Source of the DNA: Eledone cirrhosa
Lineage: Eukaryota
NCBI GenBank assembly: GCA_964016885.1
Contig: OZ024743.1
Location: forward strand, 254,200,001-254,264,000
DNA: 64,000 bases
Direction of reading: 5' to 3'
Part shown: positions 26,523 to 40,492 of the stretch, piece after piece
Layout of the letters: each line of letters starts with the position of its first letter
Numbering within the stretch: position 1 is the stretch's first letter
Program-made: the position numbers and the translations under genes
Notes under the pieces: model-generated
Seen by the model: the letters and a program-made list of their open reading frames with translations, nothing else
The model's database searches: none
Told to the model about the DNA's origin: nothing

Positions 26523-27608
26523 AAATATATAGATTTACATATAAATAAACTAGACAGAGCCATATATATATGCTTTTGGCAACCAATCACGGTGTGGCTC
26601 AATGACGAATTAATTAATTAAATAATCAACAATCAGAGCAATATACAAGAAAGTAAGTCCATAGAATCATTTGATAAAATATATACAGTATTTCTTCTCC
26701 CAATCAGCATAATCAACCACACTAAAATTAATTAAACAAGGCTATAAGATTAAAAAGCACCTATGAAGAAACAATAGATAAATAAACGAAAGCTATTTCA
26801 TTCGCGATCAACAGCCACAGAATATTTACCCACTACTTCTAATAGCCCGTGGAATACTGTATATATTTTATCAAATGAATCTATGGACGTACTTTCTTGT
26901 ATATTGCTCTGATTGTTGATTATTTAATTAATTAATTCGTCAATGAACCACACCGTGAATGGTTGCCAAAAAGACATATATATATCCAGTATATATCTAT
27001 GGCTCTGTCTAGTTTATGTATATGTAAATCTATATATTTTATAATCTCCCATGTCGTTGAGAAACAATTTAGGCAGTATTCGGCTACGCTTTCTAGCAAC
27101 CAGCCCACTCACCGTAAGGCATCACTCAAAAACTTTCTGGCTTGACCACTAGCCACGTCACAGTTCTTAGCCATTTTGAATTCGTTTCTGGCGGGGATCA
27201 TTTAAGAAAAATCTTTCTCCAATTGAGCTGATGATTTCGAAACTCTTGAATTTATCCTTGATCGGATATTTCCAAAAAGCGAATGAAACCTAATAGGATG
27301 GAGACATAATTTTGGTATGCTTATATACATTTTTTCTTCTAACTTTGATTTTGTGCCTAATTGTGTATGGTTGGCTATATATCTAATGGATTTCCTCGGG
27401 CTATTAGAAATACTGGGTAAATATTCTGTGGCTGTTGATCGCGGATAAAATAGCTATCGTTTATTTATCTATTGTTTCTTCATAGGTACATTTTAAACTT
27501 ATAGCGTTGTTTAATTGATTCTTTTGTGTGGTTGATTATGCTGATTGGGAGAAGAAATACTGTATATATTTTATCAAATGATTCTATGGACGTACTTTCT
27601 TGTATATA
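26519..27608. repeat. Nested inverted-repeat complex (A-B, A', spacer, B'-partial A')
   Basis: 26853-27043 is the reverse complement of 26519-26692. 27390-27607 is the reverse complement of ~26641-26855. Confidence 0.88.
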
Positions 27609-27651
27609 CACCTATACATATATATACACACACACATATATATATATATAT

Positions 27652-27739
<88 letters not shown>

Positions 27740-27794
27740 GTGAGGTTTTTTTTACAAAATGAAAAATAACCGAGGTGTCCTACACGAGTGAAAG

Positions 27795-27980
27795 TATAAA
27801 GAAAAAGAGATGAAATCGAAAATGCAACTGGAGTCTTATTTTTTTTTTAAATATATATATTTATTTGGTTCCTTTACCGGTTTCGCAGAAGAACTGCGAA
27901 ACCGGTAAAGGAACCAAATAAATATATATATTTAAAAAAAAAATAAGACTCCAGTTGCATTTTCGATTTCATCTCTTTTT

Positions 27981-27987
<7 letters not shown>
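27795..27987. repeat. Perfect palindrome, 94-bp arms, 5-nt loop
   Basis: 27795-27888 and 27894-27987 are exact reverse complements; the loop is aagaa. Confidence 0.95.
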
Positions 27988-28024
<37 letters not shown>

Positions 28025-28027
28025 CTG

Positions 28028-31000
28028 TCGTATTTTTCAAAACACATCTTCTTATATATTTTTTATATATATTTTGTTATGCTTGTTAAATTATGCCCCA
28101 AATACGAGGACTTTATTTAAACTCATAACCTCTGGTCCCCCCTATCTTCACCCCCCTCTATATCATGCTGGTTTTCCCCCAATCCCTTCCTCTCTCTCCA
28201 AATATAAAATAAATCCTTTGCAAGTACGAAACCTCAGAAAACGCCAACCCTATTCAGGTTAGGCTGCTAACACGGTGTAATGTAACGTACAAATAGTTCT
28301 TCACTCGTCTCACCATTTTAATTCCCTAGTCCATTCATCAATCTGTATCATTTCTCCCAGAATCCAATCTGCTTTTCTATTCGATAATTCTAGCGTATTT
28401 TTCAAAACAGATCTTGTATTATTTTTTATGCTTGTTAAATTATGCCCATAATACGGGGATCTTATTTAAAACTTAACCTTCTCGCTAACTACCCAATATC
28501 CCTCCCATCCGCCCCCACGCACCACCATTATTATGTGAGCCAATCATAAGCCAGCAGCCTATGATATCACTTACCTGGTTGCCTTTCGATATGATGGATG
28601 GACTACGGAATTCTGGAGAGTTTGAATAGAAAAAAATCTGGACACTCAGTGACAATGCCAAAGATAAAGACAAATTCACCTCATGCTGCCGGACGAGAAT
28701 GCAAGGACTCCTCCTCTTTGTTTCGGCCGCGGATGGCTAACATAACCCCATCTCCCTCACCCCAACCCCCCACCCCTGCGCCCCACCGCTCCCACCCTCC
28801 AAACGCAATCCAAAACTTCAGAGTTGGTACCATGAATGTAGGCACCTTAAAGGGTCGCTCTAACGATGTTGTAGAAATGCTTGAACGTAAGGAGGTCGAT
28901 GTTTGTTGTATTCAAGAGACCAGATGGAGGGGTGGGTCTGCTAGATTCATTGTGGGTAAAGAACGATGCTATAAGCTTTTCTGGGTGGGAAATGACAATG
29001 GGCTGGGTGGAGAAGGAATTATGGTAGCAGAAAAGTGGGCAGATGAGATAATAGACGTAAATAGAGTGAACGACAGAATAATTAAAATAAGACTTGTCCT
29101 CAATAGAACTACTGTGACAATAATATCTGCATATGCACCACAATCCTGACTGCCTGGCGTTATAAAAGACAGATTCTATGAGACGTTAATGCTCACTACC
29201 TCCCAAATAACCGACAGTGACTACATAGTTATCACTGGCGACCTAAATTGTCACATTGGACAACATTGTGATGGCTATGACGGAATCCATGGAGGCTATA
29301 CGTTTGGTACTAGAAATGAGGAAGGCTCCAGAATCCTGGAATTCTGTGACGCAAATAACCTAACTATCTGTAACACTAACTTCAAAAAACGAGACAATCA
29401 CTTGATCACCTATAGATCGGGGGAACACACAACCCAGGTAGATTATATCCTTACCAGAAGACGTGACAGAGTGTCTGTTGTAAACACTAAATCCCTCCCC
29501 CATGAAGAATGCACCTCTCAACATAGACTCATAATTAGCGACCTCACTGTCAAGACGAGACGTACTCGACAACAGAAGAGGACTATCCTCAGGAGAAAAA
29601 TATGGAAGTTAAAAGACCCCACAGCCAGTAAGAAATTTAAAAACATATTACTTGATGCTTTTGATAGTAAGGAAGCTCAATTAGAGTCGTACAATATAGA
29701 GGAACAGTGGGAATTCCTGAAAGCTAACCTGCTGAAGGCGACAGATGAAACCTGTGGCTGGAGCAGACCTATAGGCAAGAGGAGAGTAATTTGGTGGTGG
29801 AACAGTAAGGTGGAGGGGTCAATCAAGGCCAAAATGCAGGCTTGGAAAGCATGGCGGGATGGGGAAAGTAGATAAGACTATCAAGTGGCCAGGGGGGAAG
29901 CTTGGAGACAAGTGTACTTCGCAAGAAGGGAAGCAGAGGAAAGAAAGTTCAAGTATGTTCTACAACGCGAGGACCAAAAACGTGAGGGGTTCAGGATTGC
30001 TAGGCAATGTGTCAAGGAAAACATTGATATTGTCGTGGAGAAGTGTGTCCGTAATGATGATGGTGTACTTGCCATCACTGACGCTGATAAGAAGGTAGCT
30101 TGGAAGTGTCACTACGAAAGGCTACTAAATGAGGAGAATAATTGGGAGAAAGACAGTCTCCCCCACATCGACCCAATAGAGAGATCAGCAGTGCAAGTTG
30201 AAGGTAGTATAATAAGTAAGGCAATCAAAGACATGAAGACGGGCAAGGCGGCCGGGCCTTTGGAAATAGTTGCTGAAATGCTGAAATCATTTGGAACGGT
30301 GGGACACACTATGGTCACCCGGATAGTAAACCAAGTCATACAGAATGGGTTCGTTCCGAAGGACTGGTGCAGCAGCATCATCATTAACTGTAAAGGTGAT
30401 GCCCTAGATAGGGGAAACTATAGAGGCATTAAATTAATTGACCAGGTCATGAATGTCGCAGAAAAAATAATACGCGCAACTAATCAGAGAGCGAATTGAA
30501 CTAGACGAAATGCAGTTCGGGTTTGTGTCAGGTAAAAGTACAACAGACGCTCTTTTCATTGGATGACAACAACAGGAGAAGTACTTAGCTAAAAGTAAAC
30601 CCCTATACTTAGCTTTTGTTGACTTGGAGAAAGCCGTTGACAGAGTACCCCGCTCCATTATCTGGTGGGCTCTTAGAAAACTAGTTGTTGATGAATGGGT
30701 TGTGAGAGCTATACAAGCCATGTATAAAGAAACAGTCAGCAAGGTTAGAATTAACAACGAATATAGTGAAGAGTTTAGCGTAAAAGTTGGTGTTCATCAG
30801 GGGTCCGTTCTTAGCCCCCTACTATTTATTACTGCCCTTCAGGCTATAACAGAGGAGTTCAAGACCGACAGCCCATGGGAACTCCTATATTCAGATGATC
30901 TAACGCTCATAGCTGAATCAATGGCTGAACTAGAGAAGAAATTCCAAACATGGAAGCATGGCCTAGAATCAAAAGGCCTTAAAGTTAACTTGTCTAAGAC

Positions 31001-32210
31001 TAAAGTTCTAGTTGTAGGAAGGAAAATAGGGCACCCGTCCCATCTGGGAAATGGCCATGCTCAGTGTGTAGGAAAGGAGTAGGCAGAAATTCCATTTTAT
31101 GTCCCAAATGCAAAGTATGGGTGCATACAAATGTAGTCGGATCACAAGTAAGCTAACTAAGAATATAGATTTTATACGTGGCCGGTGCTCTGGTGCAATA
31201 AGCTCATTCCATTGCACAGATGGTTCTATAGAAATAGTGGACACCTTCCGTTACCTGGGTGACAAAATCAGCAGTGGGGGAGGGTGCTCTGAAAGTAGAG
31301 TAGCTAGAGTCAAAACTGGATGGAAAAAGTTCAGAGAGCTTATACCACTTTTGGCCGCTAAAGGGTTCTCTCTAAAAATGAAAGGCAGGCTGTATGAAGT
31401 CTGCATACGAACAGCAATGTTACATGGCAGTGAGACCTGGGCATTGTGTGCAGAGGATATACGCAGACTGGAGAGAAACGAAGCTTGCATGCTCCGCTGG
31501 ATGTGTAATAGTAATATACGTGAATGGCAAAGCATAGACGAACTAAGGGAGAAATTAGCAATAAGAGGGATCAGATGTTGTTTACTCGAGAGAAGACTAC
31601 GTTGGTACGGTCACGTGATTCGCATGAAAGAAGACAGCTGTATAAAAAAGTGCGGGGCGATAAAAATAGACGGTAGCCACGGAGTAGGCAGATCCAGAAA
31701 AACCTGGGATGACTTGATAAATTCCGACCTCACACACTTACACCTCTCCAAAACAATGTCATTGGACCGAGATCTTTGGCGCTACACAGTTATACAGAAA
31801 ACCCGCCTTGCCTAAGTACAAAGCAAAACCTAGCGTCAGTAGGCACCACTAACAAAATACACCCCCTGTCCCACTACCCCCACCCCATCCACACCACCCC
31901 CTTCAATGTGAAGTTATGTTGGTACCACAACATCCAGTCCGAAACAATTGAGGTCGTGTAGGTGTCACGACAAAAAAACACACAGTCCACGCTGTAATGT
32001 GGCCGTGTAGGTAACACGGTAAAAACCTCCCAGTACACACTGTAAACGTGGTTGGTGTTGGGAAGGGCACACAGCCGTAGAAAAACCGCCAGACAGTCCT
32101 ATACGAGCAGGACAACCAATCTTGTCTCAAGCGAGAAAACTCCTGTCCAAACCCATGCAAGCGTGGAAGATGGACGTTAAACGATGATGATGATGATGAT
32201 GATGATATGA
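28028..32210 (+). mobile_element. Near full-length degenerate RTE-clade LINE with duplicated 5' module
   Basis: APE (GTMNVGTL, CIQETRW, SAYAPQ, VDYIL), RT (YSDD), degenerate PHD, 3' UTR and (GAT)n tail. Many stops and frameshifts. Confidence 0.95.
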
Positions 32211-33151
32211 TAATAGATATAATAAATGTATTATATATATATATATATATATATATGATATACATCATCACCATCATTATACATCCACTTTTGATGATGA
32301 TATGACTTGGACAGGAAGTTTTGAGTCAATGATTCACAGCTAGATGTCCTTCCTAACACCAACCTATTTAGTTTCCTCTTAAGACATGTAAGGATATGGT
32401 GTACCTATGCTATAAGCTGGGATACTCATATATTATGACGTATAAATATATATTACATTTATTATATAGACAATTTTCTTCCACTTATGTTCCCCATTCT
32501 CCTATATAAAATAATTTCAACTTACAGCTTGCTAAGCTAAAGAGATTAATTTTTTCATTATTTCTAAAGTTGAGTCCCAAACGAAAAACATGAAAATTAT
32601 TTGAAAATCATACCCAGTATCTTTCATTAGAAATATAGTAATGAAAGGGCTAAAAGTAATGATGTGACATATAGAGTTTGTATATTTTATATGATATAAA
32701 GAAGCAAGTTGGAAGCATTGTGGTATTGATTTAATAAGCACAACGTTGTTGAAAGAACCCATTAATCACACAGCTATGCCAGTGACTGCAATACAACACA
32801 TTTTATTATCTCAACAGCAGCAAAATAACGAATATTTTTCTTCTTTAATTTAACTTTAATAATTCCGACTGGAGATGAAGTTAATTCACACACTAAGGAA
32901 AAGTTAAGACAGGAAAATAATTTGACAATTCCAATTTTCAAAATTTTTCAAAGATTGTCATTTAGTCAGGATTAATTAAGATTTTCTGATTAACTTCAAT
33001 TTCCATTTGTGCTGTTAATTAAATATTGCATATCTAAGACATACATTTAACAAAACTTTTCTTCAAATTACCTTTTATAAAGTGGTGATAGCAGTAAGTT
33101 GTCTTACCTACACCCACACAGAAGTGTGTGTTTATGTATGTGCATATGTAT

Positions 33152-33216
<65 letters not shown>

Positions 33217-33559
33217 TATTTGTGTATATGTAAGCTTGTATGCATGAATTTAAATATATATGCATGAATGTTGTGTAAACATGTATATATATGTATATAT
33301 ATTTATATATGCATGTGTGTGTATAAATATATATGTATGCATGTATATGTGTACATACATATGTATATGTGTATATACATATGTCACTGAAAAATAATAT
33401 TCCATTCTTCAAATTCTGAATACCATTTTTCCCTGATTCCCTAACATTTATCCTGTCTACATACACTCACCAACATACATACACACATGAATGTACATAT
33501 GCATTCGCATGCCAACACACACTTCAACATACATACACACATGCCAACATACCCAGACC

Positions 33560-34065
33560 CATACTTGCTTCTTCTTCAGCAGCAGGTACTGTCAGAATCA
33601 ACCATCTCCAACAGATTTGGCTGGATCACGAAGCAAGATCAGCCGATTTCATGGATGTTATCGAACCATCTTGCTCAGGGTCTACCCCTGGGTCCCCTGC
33701 CATTTGGGTCTGTCTGTAAAATCTGTCCAGTGATTTTTTCCTGAGACATTCTAACCACATGCCCATATTATCAGAGCAATGATTTCTCAATTTGTATGGC
33801 TCTACCTGGAATGACTTTCTGATGTCCGAGTTACGTTACTCCAAAGATCCTTCAGATGAACCCCATTTACCCAAGATTCAGCATCATAATTAATGGTTGG
33901 CACGAATACCGAATTGAAGATAGTGAGTTTGGATTTTACGTCTAGCTCCCTTTCTCTGAATAGCAAATGCTGAAGCTGGCACATTACTGCACCAGCTCCT
34001 GCAATTCTTGCATTTAATTCAGCCTCCTGCCTTCCATTACTCATGAACACACAGTTCCATACCAA
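33560..34065 (-). pseudogene. Old RTE/Expander-like LINE fragment
   Basis: ELNARIAGAGAV..KLTIFNSVFVPTINYDAESW and downstream RP.GRP motif. Related pieces at ~41320-41480 and ~41560-41880. Confidence 0.7.
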
Positions 34066-35219
34066 CTATCAAACTGCTATATATAGTACACTACTAATAT
34101 ATATAAATATGTGTGTGTGTGAAAAAGATAAACAGAAATAACAAAAACAAAACAAGCGGCATTGTACATGGAATTAGTTTAATGCTTGAAATGGCAGGAA
34201 GAGAGTTTTAACATTTCGGACACTAGTTCTTCATCAGAAGATAGTTAGAAAGAGAAGATAAATAGAAAGAGTGATATGGGGAAGGAACAGGGAAAGGAGA
34301 GAAAAAAACACACATGTGTATTCAGTCAGCCATCTTGGACACTGGCTGGTCAAGTGGTAACTTCTGCATTCGAGAGGTTTAGGAAGGGAAATAATTAATG
34401 TATAATGAGTATGTGTGTGTATGTGTGTGTGTGTTGGTGTGTATGTGTGCATGTGTGTGCGTGTATCCTTCATCCAGACTATAGATATATGTGTGTATGT
34501 AAATATATATATACACACACACACACACACATGCATATATATATATACATATGTTGTTCCCGCATAGAATCAGGAGTAACCACAGTAAATAAGGTACACA
34601 ATACATGAGTAGAGTGAAGACAGAAGTTTATATAGAAAAAGTTTCTACAGGATTGACACTGTTTCATTTATATGAAATCATCAGGGCATTCTTGACGATA
34701 GCATATGAGTGAAACAGTTCTAGTCCTGTAGAAGTCTTTTATATATAGGGTTGTCAAGTATGAAATTTGTAGAAAAAACAAAGTTTGTTAATGCCTCACT
34801 ATAAATTTCATACTTGATGACTCAATGTGTACATTAACCACCCCACATCTTTACTTTGACATTATGATAGCAACAATATTGAATAGTTTTTTGTGTCTGC
34901 TAATAATTTGGTTTTATGTGAGAGGCAATGCAGCGCAGAACAAGGTTTGTACTTAGTATTAAAAAAAATAAATAATAAATAAAACACGACAGCAACACTG
35001 ACAACAACAGCAACACTAAGAGCAGCAAAACCCAAAACAGTAGCAGAGAAGAATATATTCAATATAAAATACCAAAAGTATAATACACCAATGACTATGG
35101 CTACAAAGTAAATAGAAAAACAAACGGAAAAGACATACGTGAAACATTTAAGTTAAACGCAGAGAAAAAAACCCAAAGGCATATCTATATGTATAAATAT
35201 ATATATGTGTGTGTGTGTA

Positions 35220-35267
<48 letters not shown>

Positions 35268-35284
35268 TGTGTGTGTGTGTGTGA

Positions 35285-35530
35285 GGGCTCATGGCTTAGT
35301 GGCTTACAATTTTCAGGTTGTTAGTTCGATTGTTAGGCCAGGATTTGGATCGTGTTCTTGAGCAAGACACCTTATTTCATGTTGCTCCAGTTCACTCAAC
35401 TGTAGAAATGAGATTTGACATCACTGGTACCAAGCTGTAACACCCTTTGCCTTTCCCTTCGACAACATCAGCAGTGTGCATAGGGGAGACTGGTATGCAT
35501 GGGTGATTGCTGGTCTTCCACAAACAAACC
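35285..35530 (+). mobile_element. Older tRNA/CORE SINE
   Basis: tggcttagtgg..gttcgatt..ttcttgagcaagacacctt. Confidence 0.75.
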
Positions 35531-35731
35531 ATATGTATATACCCATATATATATATGTGTGTGTGTGTATGCGTGTGTGTATATATATATATGCCTATAT
35601 ATATATACACACATACTTATGTATATATATTTATATATATACATATATATATTAATGAAATAGAATAAAATATCATCAGATAAAATGCAAAATGTTTTAT
35701 AAATATAGTTTCCATTTATTTAATATCATTG

Positions 35732-35765
<34 letters not shown>

Positions 35766-35787
35766 GATGATGATGATGATGATGATG

Positions 35788-35894
<107 letters not shown>

Positions 35895-36384
35895 CTTATA
35901 TGTCGGTGGGGGAAAAAGATAATATATGTTTGGGTTTTGTTAGTTTATTATGCATAGAAGATGAAATGGTTAACTTTACAAAATTTAAAGTAACTTCATA
36001 ATAACGAATATTTCAAAAGAAAATGAATGGTATTATTTATCGTGTATTTGGTGCAGTATTTAATGATGAAATTGACATTTAATCATCAATGCAGTGTTTT
36101 AACATAAGAAACAAATCCAGGATGCCATTACATCTTAAATGATCTGCCTTGCACTTGGAAAGTTAAAAAAATGAATTCACCATGTAAAATCTTCAAATAT
36201 AAATGTTCATTTTCCATTCAATAATAGTTGCAATCGTTTCTTCTAACAATGAGTTCTGAATTGAATTTAAGGATTTCCAGGTCAGAGTAAGACTTATGTT
36301 AGGAAATGTGAACATCTCTTTTCATGGAAAAAAATGTTTAAGTTTTACTAGTTATTAAGTTTTATTAATCTTTTTAAACAAATC

Positions 36385-36672
36385 ATACCACAACATCCAG
36401 TCCAAACTAATGAAATCATGTAGGTGTCACGACAAAAAAAAAAAAACACACCGTCCACGCTGTAATGTGGTTGTGTAGGTAACACGGTAAAAAGTTCCCA
36501 GTCCACACTGTAAATGTGGTTGGTGCTAGGAAGGGCATCCAGCCATAGAAAACCTGCCAAATAGTCCTATACATGTGAGACACGGTCACTCGACCAATCT
36601 TGCCTCAAGTGGGAAAACTCTCATCTAAGACATGCTAGCGTGGAAGATAGACGTTAAACGATGATGATGATG
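36385..36672 (+). mobile_element. RTE 3' UTR fragment
   Basis: Matches the RTE tail and ends in aaacgatgatgatga. Confidence 0.8.
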
Positions 36673-37600
36673 AATACACAGATATGATTCTTTATTCCTG
36701 ACAAATGATACATGGCTCTGAGATTTTTCAATAATTGTTCAAATCCATTATTGGGAAAGATACAATGCCTTAAGTTTACAGGAAAGTAAACTGTGCCTCA
36801 TGCATTTGATGTTAATCATTCTAACTCTATTCTATTAGCATTCATCACAATAGGGTACTTAATAGCTATACTTTCTCACATTATTTATTAAGTTCAAATT
36901 AATTTATGTTGATGTATCAGTATAAAATACATGCATTACATAGAAATATCTCACACAAATTGTAATTTATGAAAGGATCATTTATTTTTATGTTTCTGAA
37001 TTAATTCATTAAAAAAATTATGTAAAGGTGGTTTCTAATTATATACAAATAAAATAATGATTTTTTTCAAATACATACACACTAAAAAGAGAATGATGCA
37101 CTTGAGACATTTGGGAATTTCTGTTTTATTTCATATGTCACACAGTTTTTCTACTCATGAAAGGTATGTAATGATCTGTGCAATGCCAGATAAATCATCT
37201 AATATAAAAGGAAAAAGGAGAAGAAATTAGTAGATTATCAGATCAGTCCAAGGAAATTCTGGCAGAAGGAGCAGCACAAAATAGAGTATTTTGCTCAAAA
37301 TATTACATATCATCCGGTCCAGTAATTGAACCCTCATCCTTGTAATCACAAGGCACCATTTATTTTAACCACTAACGGTTGCTGGCAATTATGGTGAAGT
37401 CATTATTAGGAATAATGAGGATGATAGTAGTGGTAATAGAGGTGGGGTTGCATGGCTGGTATTGCTAGATGGAAATATTTGTAATTCTGAAATGTGAGGT
37501 GTATGAATATGTATTAACTCTGAGTGTTTTGGACAGCAGATCTTTTAAACATACTTCCAACTCCTATATAAGTACAACCCCTCCACACACACATAGACCC

Positions 37601-37670
<70 letters not shown>

Positions 37671-39217
37671 CACACACGTTTGTGTATGTGTGTATGTTCT
37701 TTTGTTTGTTTTAATCTATATATGTATTAAATCTTTTTAATGGAAACAACTCTAATTTCAAAATATCGAAACCTTTATATGATATGTTTATTGTTACTTA
37801 TTTTTAAATTTCTTATGTTTATCTCTTTATCCCTATCTTTCTAAACTTTGCTTCATATCCTCCAGAGAAAGTCCTCTTTAGTAAATCAACATTAGTCATT
37901 CAAATCCTTTATATATATTCAGATAAGATAATCTAATTGCAAATTTGTTAAAGTTGTTGTGATGAAGTGAAGAAAGAAAAACAATTATCATAATTTTAAT
38001 TTTAAAATATACTAAAGAAGAACAACTTTAAATCTAGTAGGAATTCTTTAAGTTGAAGAAATGGTATCAGGAACCATAGACGGTGAAACAAAAAAAAATT
38101 AGAGAAATTACTAAATAAATGCTGAAGATATATATTTTTTTCTATTTTTTTTAATGTATTTTTATTTTGTTTGGTAAAAGACACATTGTGGTAGAAGCTA
38201 TCATAAATTTGAATTCTTTTATAAACAATACCCCATGTTCTGATCAAGGTGTTTAACATCTATGATATAACAAAACATTGTCAAACTAATAGTTTTCAAT
38301 TTAGGTTCAAGGCAATCAAATGAGAATAGGGAAAATTATGATGATGATGATGATGATAATGATCATGAAGATGATGATGATCATCATCATCACCTGCATT
38401 ATTTTTTTTTCATAGATATGTTTCAAACACCAACTTAACAATGAAGAAGTTAGTAATATTACTAAATCATTAAAAATTCTTGAACATTATCAAAATTATT
38501 TGAAAATTATTAGCTGTCACTTTCATCCTTCCTCACCACATGATCCAATCATTGCATTCCATCTCTTTTAGCAAAATTCATCATTGGCTCAATTCCTCTC
38601 AACCAGTCACTTTTATCTTTACTAATCACATGACCCAGGCGTCTCATCCCATTTCCCTTTAAAACAGTCATCACTGGCTCCATTGTTTATCTTCCTCTCT
38701 CTCTGGGCAATACACTGCTCATTCATAGAACCATTCTCATTATCATTCTTTTCAGTTATCTCTCCTGTTCCACATTCATCACCCATGTCTTACTTCCATA
38801 AATGAAGGCACATCTCACACATGTAGCCTAAACCTTTCTCTTCAGTTTCAGTGACAGTCTCCACCTCATTTGTAGCATGCCACTCAGGTCCACACAAGAA
38901 CAGTGGGGGACATAAATTATTGACTGGAACGCTATGTCTGCAATGATGCCAATGTGTTGATAAAAGCAGCCACTAATATAAATAATGGTATACAAAACAA
39001 ATGAACCATTTGCTGTTATAATAATCATTTTTTTCTAATATAGATAACATCCTTGATATTGATTTTCAAGGGTGATAACATTACTGAGTCTTAAATTAAA
39101 GTCTGATTAAAAAATTACAGCTTTCTCTTTCTCTCTCTCTGTTTATGGCAAGTCTAATATATAAAATATTGGAGACACAAAACAAATTGCTGTACTGTTG
39201 TTCTATGTCCTGCAAAC

Positions 39218-39286
<69 letters not shown>

Positions 39287-40094
39287 GTGATGACAATGGT
39301 GTTGATTATGATGATAATAATAATAGTAATAATGGTGGTGATGATAATAATAATGATAATAACAATAGTAACAATTATAATTATAATAATGTTCTTATCT
39401 CATTTTCAAATTAAACAATATGGCTCCTAACGTACATTATAATTTTACAATGAATGATCAGGAATTAGATACGAAAAATCATGATAATATCTGAAAATTT
39501 AATAGAAATCCAATGTGCGTGACTCACTCAGTCAACTGCCTGCCAGAAAAATCATCATAGTTTATAGTTTGACTTACAAAGAGATGAGGATTTTTTTCTT
39601 TTTTTTTTTTCATATATATTGTTTTTATTTCTAAAGGGTAAAGGTTGAAATAGATTAGAATTTGGATGTCATGTACTTCACAGTCTCGGTTGGTTCCCCC
39701 AACAGGAAATAAACAGATTATAAATTATTGATCAAAATACATTGATCTGGGATTAAACAACATCAACATTTATCACATTACGGTAAATTATTCTTAATTC
39801 GATTTTTCTTTTTCTTTTTAATTTTATCACAATTGTTTTAGGATATTTAGACTGATTCCTGCCAGTGGCCCATTTCCCTCAGCTGAGTTAATTTTTAACA
39901 CTTTTATGACACATATTTCTAATGAAATACTGCATTTTAATAAATCAATGAAGAATATGAAGGAATTTACTAAGAATATTATATAGATGTGAGCCCCGCA
40001 AGGTGGAGTGGTTGCTGCAGTGCATCTCCCTTGCTGTCTTCCAGGGCAATGTATTCTCTGTCCTGTCAGCCAGGATCAATAGGCGGAGGGTAAG

Positions 40095-40492
40095 ATAAAT
40101 GGAGCTGGAGAATACTCATTCGGATGTCTCACATATACATACATATATACAACTGGCTTCATATTGTTGTTTGGAATCATACATTGAAAATGTGCACTGT
40201 TGTAGAGATCAGCTGCCGAATTTATGTCAACTTTGTAAGAAAAATACAGGAGAAGGAGGACATCTGCAGAACATTGATGAGGTGTTTGTAGATCCAGTAT
40301 CCAAGATACGCCTTCAGCTTCATACCCATTATTATTGGAGCTACAGGTTATATACCAACCCATTTGGACAAAAGTATGACTGAACTTGGATTAGTGGACA
40401 AAGGGCGCAGTTCACTAATTCATAGACTCCAAATAGTTGTGATATCCGGCACCTTCAAAATTTGCAAAACTTTCTTGCAATTCAAGGGATGA
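40095..40492 (+). pseudogene. Old R4/RLE-type LINE 3' fragment
   Basis: VVEISC..KEDI..FIPIIIGATGY..LQ..ISGTFKICKTFL aligns by eye with the C-terminus at 55945-56250. Confidence 0.75.

Noticed and set aside
27225-27246. CTGATGA-tttc-GAAA as a hammerhead
   Set aside because: No room for stem II and no stem I/III partners.
34200-34245. Minus-strand CTGATGA..GAAATGTTA as a functional hammerhead
   Set aside because: Stems I and II do not pair well; at most a relic.
39145-39414. Poly-Asn, poly-Leu/Ile and Met-rich ORFs, also at 42.9, 43.4 and 46.1 kb
   Set aside because: They derive from (AAT)n and (GAT)n microsatellites.
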